A stretch of DNA of 64,000 bases from an uncultured bacterium (GCA_963923035.1 CAWUKT010000009.1:64163-128162), one strand, 5' to 3'; numbered from the stretch's first letter, positions 7,598-19,718 are shown. Program-made: numbers and translations. Notes: generated by a model from the sequence alone, not told the origin.

Positions 7598-8567
7598 CCC
7601 CCGAGAAGGTAATTGTAGTTCCATCTTGTTGTGCTTCAAGTTGCATAGAGGTCGAAATGACCTCCACGATGGATTCGATGGATTCATCAACGAAGACCGC
7701 ATTCAAGCGGCAGTTTTCTACTGCTTTGGGCTCAAATTGGATGCTGACCTGGTAGAATTGTTGCAGGTCGCGCGCCACTTCTTCCAGAGGAGTCTGGTTG
7801 TACTTGAGGCGGCGGTTTCGCCAGAACAAAGCGTTGTCGTCCAACGTTTCGACGGCTCCCACTTTGCCCTTGTCGTAGCGCACCTGTTGACCAGCTTCTA
7901 CCTTGACGGCCGATTCAGCCGAGGCCCCTTTGAATTCCACTACGCCTTCGGTCACCTGTACCACCACCTCTTCTTCCGCGCGAACATTGAATTCGGTCCC
8001 CAAGACCCGGATTTCAGCGCCACCCGCCTCTACAATAAAGGGGCGTGCACTTTTCTCCTTCACGTCGAAGTAGCCTTCTCCCGTAAACTTCACCCTGCGC
8101 TCGGTACCCGGCAGGCCCTCGGCATAGGTGATGCTTGCGCCGGGCCGCAGGGTAACGGTACTCCCGTCGGGAAGCTCGGTTGAGGCGGGTTGGTCGGTGG
8201 CATTGGCAAATGTCACCTGAGACGTGGGCTCGAGGCCGTCCCGGTTGAAAAAGAGGACGAGGCCGGCAGCAACCACGAGCATTGCGACGGCGGCGTACCA
8301 TCCGTACCTTTTCCACAGACTGGGGGCCGGAGCCGGAGCTGAGCCCATCCGGTGCTGGACCTTTTTCCAGGCAGCATCCACATCGACCAGGGCCGGTTCC
8401 GCTTGGGAGGTATCCCAAACTTGAGCCAGGGCGTCATACTCGCTTTGGTTGGCCGGGTCAGCCGCCAACCAGGCGCTGACTTCGGCGGCCTCCGAAGGAG
8501 TACATTCTCCCGCCAGGTGCTTGCCCAGCAGCTCATAGTCGATGCGATATGGATCTCCGTTGTTCAT
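7587..8567 (-). CDS. FecR-family anti-sigma factor / transmembrane sensor
   Basis: N-terminus MNNGDPYRIDYELLGKHLAGECTPSEAAEVSAWLAADPANQSEYDAL, a single TM (YGWYAAVAMLVVAAGLVLFF) and a FecR-type periplasmic domain. Sits directly downstream of an ECF sigma gene. ATG 8567 is preferred over GTG 8576. Confidence 0.85.
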   Translation of the reverse strand: MNNGDPYRIDYELLGKHLAGECTPSEAAEVSAWLAADPANQSEYDALAQVWDTSQAEPALVDVDAAWKKVQHRMGSAPAPAPSLWKRYGWYAAVAMLVVAAGLVLFFNRDGLEPTSQVTFANATDQPASTELPDGSTVTLRPGASITYAEGLPGTERRVKFTGEGYFDVKEKSARPFIVEAGGAEIRVLGTEFNVRAEEEVVVQVTEGVVEFKGASAESAVKVEAGQQVRYDKGKVGAVETLDDNALFWRNRRLKYNQTPLEEVARDLQQFYQVSIQFEPKAVENCRLNAVFVDESIESIVEVISTSMQLEAQQDGTTITFSGDGC

Positions 8568-8625
8568 CGATTCCACCAGTAAGACAACTCAGTTGCCCAA
8601 TACCCGTATATAAAATTTATTTTTT

Positions 8626-9216
8626 TCATAATTCTCCCCCTCCCAAGGTTAACCACCAGATAATCAGGGGTAAAATATCTTTCAACGCACTCCGCAATTG
8701 CTTGAGGGCCTTCCCAATTTGGACTTCAACCGTTCGGGGAGAGATGCCCAGGCTCTCCGCAATCTCCTTGTATTTCTTGCCTTCGTACCGCGAAGCGACG
8801 AAGACCTCCCGGCAGCGGGGCGGGAGTGCCTCGACCGCCGCATCAATGCGTTGGGCCAGTTCCCCGTGCTCCAATTGTTCCTGGGGGCCCGAGCTTTGGC
8901 CGAGGCTGGTCAGGCGATCGGCAATGCCTTCCTGGTGTTGGCGACGGACCTTGTGGTGTTGGAGGTAGTTGAAACACCGGTTGCGGACGGCGGTGAACAG
9001 GTAGGAGCGGAGGGAGGTGGACAAGGAAAACTGCTGCCGCTTTTCCCACAATTGAAAGAAGAAGTCCTGAACCAATTCCTCGCTTTCATCCGGGTCCTGG
9101 ACAAAGCGACGGGCAAATCCCACCAAATTGGGGTACCAACTCCGAAACAGGCGCTCGAAAGCGGCTTCGTCACCCGATTGAATGGCCTGGACGATATGTG
9201 CGTCTTGCGGATCCAA
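8626..9216 (-). CDS. ECF (sigma-70 family) RNA polymerase sigma factor
   Basis: Region 2 (AFERLFRSWYPNLVGFARRFVQDPDESEELVQDFF) and region 4 (LPPRCREVFVASRYEGKKYKEIAESLGISPRTVEVQIGKALKQLR) are recognisable. Uses a TTG start. Confidence 0.9.
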   Translation of the reverse strand: MDPQDAHIVQAIQSGDEAAFERLFRSWYPNLVGFARRFVQDPDESEELVQDFFFQLWEKRQQFSLSTSLRSYLFTAVRNRCFNYLQHHKVRRQHQEGIADRLTSLGQSSGPQEQLEHGELAQRIDAAVEALPPRCREVFVASRYEGKKYKEIAESLGISPRTVEVQIGKALKQLRSALKDILPLIIWWLTLGGGEL

Positions 9217-9437
9217 GGTCGTTCCTTGCCGACAAAATAATACGGAGTCTATCGGACACGCAAAGAAAAGTGAATGTTTTCGGGGCAGACGACTAACTGC
9301 AACCAGTACCCAGCTAGGAATGCTTACGCGTTCAGTGAAGAGGAGGGAGGTAGGAGAGTCAGTTCGGCAACCAGCCGAAGGCGCCTCTGAATGGCAGGCG
9401 TGTTTTTTCCCAATTTACTTGGCATAAGGGGTTGGAG

Positions 9438-9446
9438 TTATCCACA
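9438..9446 (+). promoter_or_regulatory. Perfect DnaA box TTATCCACA, downstream side of dnaA
   Basis: Exact consensus 9-mer. It is embedded in GTTATCCACAATTT, the same 14-mer context as the box at 11406. Confidence 0.6.
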
Positions 9447-9568
9447 ATTTCGAGAATGGGCCCTGTCATGGGGCGGAAATGTCGGTTTTGTAGAAGAGTT
9501 GCCCTTCAGAGTTGCTACAGGCGGGGTTGGGGGCTGCTTTCGCACCCAAAAGGTGCAGGAAACAAATC

Positions 9569-9584
9569 CCGCCCATTTGGGCGG
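9569..9584 (-). terminator. Candidate dnaA terminator hairpin
   Basis: CCGCCC/GGGCGG 6-bp GC stem with a 4-nt loop, 52 nt downstream of the dnaA stop. On the minus strand it is followed by GATTTGTTTCC. Confidence 0.45.
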
Positions 9585-9635
9585 AATTTTGTTATTTCTT
9601 GATAATCGGTTCTTGGTCGTTTGATTTCACCTAGA

Positions 9636-11072
9636 TCAGGTGAGGCTCATGGAGATCTTCTTCTTGATGTCGTCGATGTTTTTCCGGAACTCTTTGTCGA
9701 TAGAGATCAGGTCGTTGACCGTTTGGACGGCGTGGATGACGGTACTGTGGTCGCGGCCTCCAAAGTGCATCCCGATGGTCTTCAGGGAAGACTTCGTGAG
9801 CTCCTTGGCGAAGAACATGGAAATCTGGCGGGCCTGGACAATCTCCCGTTTCCGGGTCTTGGCCTTCAGCAATTCCTGGTCGACACTGAGGTGTTCGCAG
9901 ACCAGCTTCTGGATGGCATCGATGGAAATCTCGCGGCTGACATTCTTGATGAAGTTCTTCAGCATCTGCTTGGCGAGGTCCAAGTCCACTTCGCGTTTGT
10001 TCAGGGAACTTTGCGCGAGCAAGCTGATCAGGGCACCTTCCAATTCCCGTACGTTGGTCGAGATGTTGTGGGCGATGTATTCTATGACATCGGCCGGCAA
10101 CTCGATTCCATCCTTGTACATTTTGTTCTTCAGGATGGACACCCGGGTCTGGTAGGAGGGCGTCTGAAGGTCGGCGCTGAGGCCCCACTTGAAGCGGGAC
10201 AACAAGCGTTCTTCCATGCCTTTGAGGTCCTTGGGAGCGCAATCGCTGGTCAGGACAATCTGCTTGCCAGATTGGTGTAAGTGGTTGAAAACGTGGAAGA
10301 AATGATCCTGCGTTTTCTCTTTGCCGGACAAGAATTGAATGTCGTCCACGATCAGGACGTCGATCAGCTGGTAGAAGCTGATGAAGTCGTTGACAGTGTT
10401 ATTCTTGATCGCCTCGATGAATTGGTTGATGAATTTCTCCGAGGAGACGTAGAGGACAATCTTGTTCGGGTACTGGGCTTTAACCTCGTTGCCGATGGCC
10501 TGAGCGAGGTGGGTCTTACCGAGGCCAACGCCTCCGTAGAGCAAGAGGGGGTTGAAGGCAGTCTGTCCGGGTTTGGTCGCTACGGCATAGCCAGCGGCCC
10601 GGGCCAGGCGGTTGCAATCGCCTTCGATGAAGTTTTCAAACGTGTAATTCGGATTGAGTTGGGAGTCAATGTTAATCTTTTTGATCCCGGGAATCACAAA
10701 GGGGTTGGGGACGGATTTACCGATGTTAATCGGCATATTCACCGCAGGATTGCGGGTATTCACCTCCTTCGAGGAAGTGGGGATATTGATTGAATACTTA
10801 CGCCCTTCGTCGAGGTTGTTCTCCACGATGATCGAGTATTCAAGTCGTCCGTCGGGACCCAAAAAGTGTTTGATGGTTTTGCGCAGCAAGGAAACATAGT
10901 GCTCTTCAAGCCATTCGTAGAAGAACTGACTAGGGACTTGGATCGTCAGCACTTTGTTTTCTAGTTTCAGCGGTCGAATAGGTTCAAACCATGTTTTGTA
11001 ACTTTGTGGGTTAATGTTATCCCGGATAACCTCCAGACACTTACTCCATACGTCTTTGTAATCTGATTTCAT
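9636..11072 (-). CDS. dnaA: Chromosomal replication initiator protein DnaA
   Basis: 478 aa. Walker A LLLYGGVGLGKTHL, AAA+ core VLIVDDIQFLSGKEKTQDHFFHVFN, and C-terminal DNA-binding domain KTRKREIVQARQISMFFAKELT..IGMHFGGRDHSTVIHA. Confidence 0.97.
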   Translation of the reverse strand: MKSDYKDVWSKCLEVIRDNINPQSYKTWFEPIRPLKLENKVLTIQVPSQFFYEWLEEHYVSLLRKTIKHFLGPDGRLEYSIIVENNLDEGRKYSINIPTSSKEVNTRNPAVNMPINIGKSVPNPFVIPGIKKINIDSQLNPNYTFENFIEGDCNRLARAAGYAVATKPGQTAFNPLLLYGGVGLGKTHLAQAIGNEVKAQYPNKIVLYVSSEKFINQFIEAIKNNTVNDFISFYQLIDVLIVDDIQFLSGKEKTQDHFFHVFNHLHQSGKQIVLTSDCAPKDLKGMEERLLSRFKWGLSADLQTPSYQTRVSILKNKMYKDGIELPADVIEYIAHNISTNVRELEGALISLLAQSSLNKREVDLDLAKQMLKNFIKNVSREISIDAIQKLVCEHLSVDQELLKAKTRKREIVQARQISMFFAKELTKSSLKTIGMHFGGRDHSTVIHAVQTVNDLISIDKEFRKNIDDIKKKISMSLT

Positions 11073-11505
11073 TGTAAGTTATCCTATACTGCTTGTTTAT
11101 GAACAATCAAAAGGTTGGTCTCAAGTATATCGCAATGATAATTCCGTATCAGCAATTCAAAAGTGTTGAAAAAAAACCAGAAATAAAACTTGACTTTAAT
11201 CTTTTTTTTACACCGATGCGAGGGTGTATTTGCTTGATTTTCAGTCAGTTGTATTGAATTGTCCCAAATAATAACCAGACTCTCAGTAACTTAGAATTCA
11301 CATTCAAAATCGACGCAAATTGTATGCTTAAGTAGACAATCTGGTATGCTTTAGGTGGACGTGCTTGATTGTGAAAGACTTGTAAAATTGGGCTTCGAAA
11401 TGAGGTTATCCACAATTTTTGCCAGTCTATTTGGAGTTGGGCTGGGGAAAATGCTAACAATCCCAGCTTTTTATTTGGCTGGAATCTTGATTTTTCCCGT
11501 ACTCC
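11073..11505. other. Candidate oriC region (AT-rich intergenic tract upstream of dnaA)
   Basis: 433-bp non-coding tract, visibly AT-rich compared with its flanks. Contains a perfect DnaA box at 11406-11414, a near-box TTATCCTAT at 11079-11087, and an A/T run (gaaaaaaaaccagaaataaaacttgactttaatctttttttt, ~11168-11210) as a possible unwinding element. Confidence 0.45.
11406..11414 (+). promoter_or_regulatory. Perfect DnaA box TTATCCACA, upstream side of dnaA
   Basis: Exact consensus 9-mer, in the same GTTATCCACAATTT context as the box at 9438. Confidence 0.6.
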
Positions 11506-12042
11506 TCAGAAACTGAACATCCTATGGATATCCCGCTTGAGCAAACGAATTGCATCGCCCGCGGGAGCCGATTCCATCTCCACCATCTTGTTCAGAACCT
11601 TTTTTCCAAGCTCCGTACCTGCGACCTCCGGCGACAATTCCCGGGCCGCCTGGTTGATCATGGTAACCGTCCGGTCCTTGGCCCGTACGAGGCTATCCCA
11701 GCCGCTCTCCGAGATGTACAGCTGCTGGGCAACGTTGTGGTCGTACTCGGCCCGAATCTCCGTCAGCAGTTCCGACTGGAACTGGCGGACCGTCTTCTGA
11801 CGGCCATCCACCCGGAGGACAAGATTGTCCAGGCTGATGCGCTCCAGGAACAGGATCGCCCTTTCGTAGGCCTGTAAACGCAGGGGCATCACCTCCTTAT
11901 AGGTCTGTTGCACTACCTGGTAGCGCTCTTGCGTCTCCGCTTTCTTCTGCTGCTCTTTCATCACCATCATCACAGCGGTCAGCACGAGCCCGGCGGGCAC
12001 GGTATATTTTAAAATCTCAAGGATGATTTCAGAAGTGGACAT
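11506..12042 (-). CDS. Hypothetical membrane-anchored protein
   Basis: 178-aa ORF with an N-terminal TM (YTVPAGLVLTAVMMVM) followed by a charged helical region. Lies 21 nt downstream of meaB on the same strand. No motif recognised. Confidence 0.7.
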   Translation of the reverse strand: MSTSEIILEILKYTVPAGLVLTAVMMVMKEQQKKAETQERYQVVQQTYKEVMPLRLQAYERAILFLERISLDNLVLRVDGRQKTVRQFQSELLTEIRAEYDHNVAQQLYISESGWDSLVRAKDRTVTMINQAARELSPEVAGTELGKKVLNKMVEMESAPAGDAIRLLKRDIHRMFSF

Positions 12043-12063
12043 GGGGTTCTTATTGGGAAAAAA

Positions 12064-13080
12064 TCAATCTTCGGCCGATTTCTCGTCGGCGCCCTGCAAA
12101 TATAAGCGAATTAGTCTTTGGGCGGCAATGGTCGGCGGGAGCCGACCCGCCTCGACTTCGGTAGCGAGTCCCGGCCGGGCGGCCCGGACCCCTTCGTCGC
12201 GCTGGAAACGGTCTTCCAGCTCAAATCGGATGGCGTCCTGCATCCATTGCAGGGCTTGTGCCTGGCGGTTGCGGGCCCACCAGCCGTCCGGCTGGTGATG
12301 CGCTTGAAATGCGGTAAGCATTTCGGCTACCTCGGCCATGCCCCGTTGCTCCAGGGCGCTACAGGTCAGGACAGGAACCTGCCAGCCACTTTCGGCGGCA
12401 GCCAACAGGTGCAAGGCCCGTTTGTATTCGCCCCGGGCCCTGCTGGCGGCGGCTTCATTTTCTCCATCGGCCTTGTTGATCACCAATCCGTGGGCCATTT
12501 CCACAATCCCCTTTTTGATCCCCTGCAATTCATCTCCCGCCCCCGCCAACATCAACAGCAAAAAGAAATCGACCATGGAATGCACGGCGATTTCACTTTG
12601 TCCCACGCCCACCGTTTCTACTATGATGAAATCGTAGCCAGCGGCTTCACACAGAAGGATAGTTTCCCGGGTGGTACGGGTCACCCCGCCCAGGGTCCGG
12701 CCAGCGGGTGAGGGGCGAATGAACGCCTCTTCCGCCCGGCTCAATTGCGCCATGCGGGTCTTGTCCCCCAAAATGCTTCCCCGGGTGCGTTGGCTGCTGG
12801 GGTCCACGGCCAGGACCGCGACCTTTTTTCCCTGCCCGATCAAGTACATACCAAAGGCGTCGATGAAGGTGCTTTTTCCCACCCCCGGGACGCCCGTGAT
12901 GCCCAGCCGGTAAGACTTGCCGGAATGTGCGGCGCAGGCTTCCAACACTTGAGCGGCAAGCTCACGGTCCGATGCCAGCCGACTTTCCACGAGGGTAATG
13001 GCCCGGCTAAGGACCATCCGGTTGCCCGCGAGGACTCCATCTACATACGCTTGAACCGAGAGGCGCTTGGGCATGGACAA
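12064..13080 (-). CDS. meaB: Methylmalonyl-CoA mutase-associated GTPase MeaB/ArgK
   Basis: P-loop GITGVPGVGKSTFIDAFG, plus VETVGVGQSE and LVINKADG motifs. Immediately follows mutB. Alternative ATG start at 13074. Confidence 0.9.
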   Translation of the reverse strand: MSMPKRLSVQAYVDGVLAGNRMVLSRAITLVESRLASDRELAAQVLEACAAHSGKSYRLGITGVPGVGKSTFIDAFGMYLIGQGKKVAVLAVDPSSQRTRGSILGDKTRMAQLSRAEEAFIRPSPAGRTLGGVTRTTRETILLCEAAGYDFIIVETVGVGQSEIAVHSMVDFFLLLMLAGAGDELQGIKKGIVEMAHGLVINKADGENEAAASRARGEYKRALHLLAAAESGWQVPVLTCSALEQRGMAEVAEMLTAFQAHHQPDGWWARNRQAQALQWMQDAIRFELEDRFQRDEGVRAARPGLATEVEAGRLPPTIAAQRLIRLYLQGADEKSAED

Positions 13081-15226
<2,146 letters not shown>

Positions 15227-15237
<11 letters not shown>

Positions 15238-17323
15238 GTTTCACCTCCTTGATTCCTAGGGTCAGATGGATTTGGGAAAGAAAACCAACCAGGTCCATGC
15301 CCGCGTAGATGACATGGTGGATGTTTCCTTCACTTTGCATGGTCTCCCAGCCTTCGGGACGACCCGCCAGGATGAGTTGGGCATTGGGGAAATGGGCCGC
15401 GCATTGGGCCAGGATGTCGGTTCCGTTTACATTTCCGTACTCCTCATCGGTACTGCACAGGACAATGGCCATGGGAGGCGCTGCCTGCAAATGGGCCAAG
15501 GTCGCAGCGATGTCATCCGGGGTTTCATTTTCCACCACCTCAAATCCCCCGCAGCCCATCACATTCCGCGCAAAATTGGCGCGGGCCTTCCGCATCTTCA
15601 GCGGCCCAAAGGTCCACAGAAAGGCGCGGGGACGGTCGTAGCCGTCCTGCTCGTATTCATACGCATCGCTCCGTAACGCCTCGAAAGGTTCCGCCAGCCG
15701 CTCCAGCTGTCCGGATTGCCCGAGTTGGCCATTCAGGCGGTGGTACCGCGCTTCAAGCACGGAACCCAACTCGCCGGGTCCGTCGGGATCGTCGATCATG
15801 GCCTGGGCCCGTTCGGCCAGGGGAACCTCGAAGTAACCGCGGACGGGCAGAGGATAGTCACGGGCATAGCCGGTGGTCATCAGGATCGGCGGTTCGTCCT
15901 TGGGATTCGGGAACCGGTTGACGCCCAGCAGAGGACGTTTCGCTTTTGCGACCTCACGGTCGATCTGTTGGCGCTGTTGGTACAGTTGCTGGATGAACCC
16001 GCCGGAGCGCCAGGTATTCAGGTAGCCACCGCCAGCTTCCATTTCCTGGAACTGTTTCCAGGCCGCTTCAGCAAAGTGATAGCTGAGGTGCTCGACGTAA
16101 TAGCTTCCCCCCGCGGGGTCAATGACCCGGTCCAGGAAGCTCTCTTCCTTGAGGATCAGTTGGACGTTGCGGGCAATGCGGATGGCGTGGGCATCGGCAT
16201 TTTCGGAGAGGGCATTGTAAGGCGCGAGGGAAACGGCATCGCAACCGCCCATGATGGCCGACATGGCCTGGGTGGTGGTCCGCAACATATTGACATGCGG
16301 GTCGAGGGACGACAGGGACCGGGCGGCACTTTGGCCGTGTATATAAGGTGCGGGGATTTCGGTATCGAGTCCGTAGGCTGCTACCAGTTGGTAGTAGAGA
16401 ACGCGGAAGGCGCGGATTTTGGCGATTTCGGTGAAGAAATCGGTGTCGATCGGGAATTGGAAGTGCAAATGGCGCAGAATGGTGGCCGGATCAAATCCGT
16501 AGTCCGAGCTGAAGCGGTCCACATATTCGGCCGCCATGCCCAGCGCACAGGCGATCTGTTGGACGGCGTTGGCGCCCAGGAAATGGTGGGGTTCCAGGGA
16601 AATGCGTAGGGCGCGGAGACCGGTGATCTGTTGCGCTTCGAGGTGGTGGATAACTGCCGCCGTGTCCTCGCAGAGGAGGTCGTAGAGGGCAATATTGGAA
16701 GGATCGCTGCCCAGGCGGTTGAGTGGATCGGCATCCAGGGTGCCGCTGAGTTCGCTGAGGGGGCGACCGGTGGAGGTGGTCCAGGCCTGGGCCAGGTAGG
16801 TGTAGACGGGCAGGACCGCGTGGCCCGCGCGGAGGTGCAGTTGCTGTCCACTCTGCCAATTGATCTCCCGCAGCAAGCGGGCCATGTCGGCGGCCTGATG
16901 AAGGTAAATTCCATCGCGCGGTTTCGACAGGGGCAATTTCTTTTCCTCCCAATCAAACAAAAACTCCCGGAATGGCAGGCCGATCACCAGTCCAATGCCG
17001 TTGAGGGCACCTCCCGTTTCATTGACCAGCCGGATCACATCGTCCACCGATTCGGCCCGGAAATCGTGCCGGATCTCCCACTGGCCGTCGGACGTGCCGT
17101 AGGAATGGTGGCCGCGAAGGAAGGGAGCGTGGCCGGGAAAATTGGACTCGAGCCATTCCCGGGGCGGCAGGTCTTCAGCGGTAAAGGCGGGGAACAAATC
17201 CAGCCCTTCCTCGGAGGTCCAGCGCAACCGATCCAGCGGCTTGCCTTTCAGGTCGGCTTCGATTCGCGCCAACCACTCTGCACGGCTGACCGGGGGGAAT
17301 TCATCGAAGAGAGGGTTCTGCAT
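15227..17323 (-). CDS. mutA: Methylmalonyl-CoA mutase small (beta) subunit
   Basis: 698 aa with mutase-like N-terminal and TIM-barrel regions ([10 protein letters not shown]..). No DxHxxG motif. Overlaps the mutB start by 11 nt. Confidence 0.85.
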
Positions 17324-17441
17324 ACCAGCAATTTTTAAATTTCAATGCAAATTTGCCAAAATTTCACGGGGTCGGGGGAAAAATCATATCAAGAAAAAGC
17401 GGACTGGACAATAGGACAATTATTGAGTCGTATGTTTAGGT

Positions 17442-18785
17442 GTGAAAAATCCAAGGATCCTGAACCTCAACGACCATTTTCTTCCCGGTGTTGCTTCCTT
17501 CATCTCATTGGCAGTCTTGTTGGTGCTGATGGTGGGATGCAAAACGACCTCGGAGGTCAATATCGTCCATTCTGCCGCCGCGCAGCCCTCAAGTACTGCC
17601 TCCTGTTACGATCAGGAAACGGCCTTTGATGCCTGGCGAAACTTCGATTTGGATGCGGCCCGTTCCAAGCCTTCGGTCAACGATGGGGCCAATTGGGAGA
17701 GGATGCTGGATTATTTGGTGGCGGGAAAAGGAAAACGACCGGGAGAAAAAGATACCCTGGGAACCCAGGAAGACGCACAAAAGCGGGATTGGAACGCATT
17801 GCAGCAGGCCGTGGCCTGGATGGAAAGCGATTACGCAACCTTGGATTGGTGGGAGAACCGACCCGATGTTCCCGATCCCTCGGAAGCACAGGGCGCGAAT
17901 TCCTTCCGCGGACTGAAAGCGCCCTTCCAATTGACATTTCCCGATACCGCATTTTCCCTGCCCCTCTACTTCAACAACGGCAACAACCCGCTCGTTGACG
18001 TTACCCTCAACGGCAAGTCCTTTCGGTTCTGGATCGACACCGGTGCCGGTGTAAACGTGATTTCTTCGAAGGTGGCCAGTCTGGCCGGAATCAACCCGCC
18101 AGAATCGAGCGGCATCCAAATGGGGACGGCCACCAAGCATTCGGTGAATGGCCAAATGGCCACGGCCGATGAGTTGGCCCTGGGACCACTCAAGGCCCAA
18201 AATGTCCCCTTCATGATCCTGGACAAGCGGGACCTGACGGTCCGGCTGTTGGGGATTCCTGTAGTGAGAATCGATGGAATCATCGGCTGGCCCTTCCTCA
18301 AGGAGCTGGACGTGGAGCTGGATACCCCCGGCCAAACCCTGACGGTGCGCAAGCCCCAGGTCGATCCAGTCGACCAGCCCAATCTATTTTGGTACTGGCA
18401 ACCCATATTCCGAATTCCCACATCCAAAGGCTGCTTCCTCCACCTCAAGGTGGATACGGGCTCCTCAGCAACGTTTTTCTATCCCTCGGCCTATCCCAAG
18501 ATGGGCCGGGAAGTGGAAAAAACCAGCCGACTTTTGCTGGGAGGCGCGGGAGGAAAGGAAATGATCAAGGTAGACCAACTGAGCGATTGCCAATTCTGGC
18601 TGGGCGGGGAGGAAGTCACTTTGAAGTACGCGGAAGGCCGCCAGGAAGCAGTCGAGCCGGGGGATTTCTTCGAGCTGGACGGGATTATTGGGCAGGATAT
18701 TCTGAGTCTGGGCAGCCTGCGGCTGGATTTTGTGAACCGGAGGTTTGTCTTCGAGTTCGCGGACGAAGCCAACGAAAATCAATGA
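17442..18785 (+). CDS. Lipoprotein with two retropepsin-like aspartic protease lobes
   Basis: GTG start. Lipobox VLLVLMVGC. Two catalytic-type motifs in one chain: FRFWIDTGAGVNVIS and FLHLKVDTGSSATFFY. Confidence 0.8.
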   Translation: MKNPRILNLNDHFLPGVASFISLAVLLVLMVGCKTTSEVNIVHSAAAQPSSTASCYDQETAFDAWRNFDLDAARSKPSVNDGANWERMLDYLVAGKGKRPGEKDTLGTQEDAQKRDWNALQQAVAWMESDYATLDWWENRPDVPDPSEAQGANSFRGLKAPFQLTFPDTAFSLPLYFNNGNNPLVDVTLNGKSFRFWIDTGAGVNVISSKVASLAGINPPESSGIQMGTATKHSVNGQMATADELALGPLKAQNVPFMILDKRDLTVRLLGIPVVRIDGIIGWPFLKELDVELDTPGQTLTVRKPQVDPVDQPNLFWYWQPIFRIPTSKGCFLHLKVDTGSSATFFYPSAYPKMGREVEKTSRLLLGGAGGKEMIKVDQLSDCQFWLGGEEVTLKYAEGRQEAVEPGDFFELDGIIGQDILSLGSLRLDFVNRRFVFEFADEANENQ

Positions 18786-18821
18786 TCCACTATTGATCTT
18801 TATATAAGGTCAGGATAACCC

Positions 18822-19718
18822 CTACCGAATCTCCACTCCCCAAGTCTCCGAATACACTTCATTCGGCCGCAGCACCTGCAATCCAATCCCATTGTTATAG
18901 GTATTGGAGACGCCGGAGGTGGGCTCGATGGCGATGAGGTTGGGGTAGGGCGGGGTGAAAAACTGCATAAAGGGGTTCTCACAGGAGGTTTCCACGACGA
19001 GATGATAGTCCGGGGTATGCAGGTGGGCCTGGGAGGTATTCAGGGCGTAGCAATCGTCCAGCTTGGCGGCGTCGAGGTCAAGGGAGATGGCCTCAAATCC
19101 TTCGATCAGTTGTTTGCCGATCCCGTCGGGGTCGATGTCCATGGTGCCCCGGGCCTGGAATTCCAGGCGGCTCTGGCTGAGGTCAGGACTGATGAAATAG
19201 GGGTGCCAGCCCACACAAAATGGAAAATTTGACGGGCCATTGTTGGTGGCGGTGACGGTCACGCCGAGCCGTTCCTGACTGAGGCGGTAGGTCACCTGAA
19301 AGTCGAAGGGAAACGGAAAACCGGCTTGTTGCCCTTCATATTGGTAGGCGAGGGTGACCTCGGCGTATGTATCGGTGGTGGCAGAGCTGACCACCCGAAA
19401 GGTCTCGTTCAGGACCAATCCGTGGAGAGCGGACTTGCCTTCCTCGGGGTCGATCGGCAGCCGGTATTCCTGGCCTTCAAAGGTATAACGGCCGTCTTGC
19501 AGGCGGTTGACGAAGGGAAAGAGCAGCGCAGAGGCTTTGGAAATGGAGTAGGGAAATTCAGGGTGGTCCTGGATCAGGTCCTGGCCCAGGAGCCTGAGTT
19601 CGGAGATGCGGGCTCCCATGGTGGTGGCGATCCGGGCGGTGGATTCTCCGGCCGGTCCTTGAAGGGATATGGTCGTAGGTTCGGCTTCGGAGGGGCTTAG
19701 ATCGATGGTGAACGTCAT
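18822..19718 (-). CDS. Aldose 1-epimerase family protein
   Basis: 298 aa. ALHGLV, FCVGWHPYF and NLIAIEPTSG match the mutarotase-fold motifs. Confidence 0.8.
   Translation of the reverse strand: MTFTIDLSPSEAEPTTISLQGPAGESTARIATTMGARISELRLLGQDLIQDHPEFPYSISKASALLFPFVNRLQDGRYTFEGQEYRLPIDPEEGKSALHGLVLNETFRVVSSATTDTYAEVTLAYQYEGQQAGFPFPFDFQVTYRLSQERLGVTVTATNNGPSNFPFCVGWHPYFISPDLSQSRLEFQARGTMDIDPDGIGKQLIEGFEAISLDLDAAKLDDCYALNTSQAHLHTPDYHLVVETSCENPFMQFFTPPYPNLIAIEPTSGVSNTYNNGIGLQVLRPNEVYSETWGVEIR

Noticed and set aside
9549-9564. The 16-mer AAAGGTGCAGGAAACA is repeated at 45989-46004.
   Set aside because: About one chance 16-mer repeat is expected in a 64-kb window counting both strands. One copy is intergenic and the other lies inside the GNAT CDS, and there is no flanking similarity.
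11245-11460. 71-aa minus-strand ORF inside the dnaA upstream spacer.
   Set aside because: It lies in the AT-rich candidate oriC, contains a DnaA box, and has an odd composition with no support as a gene.
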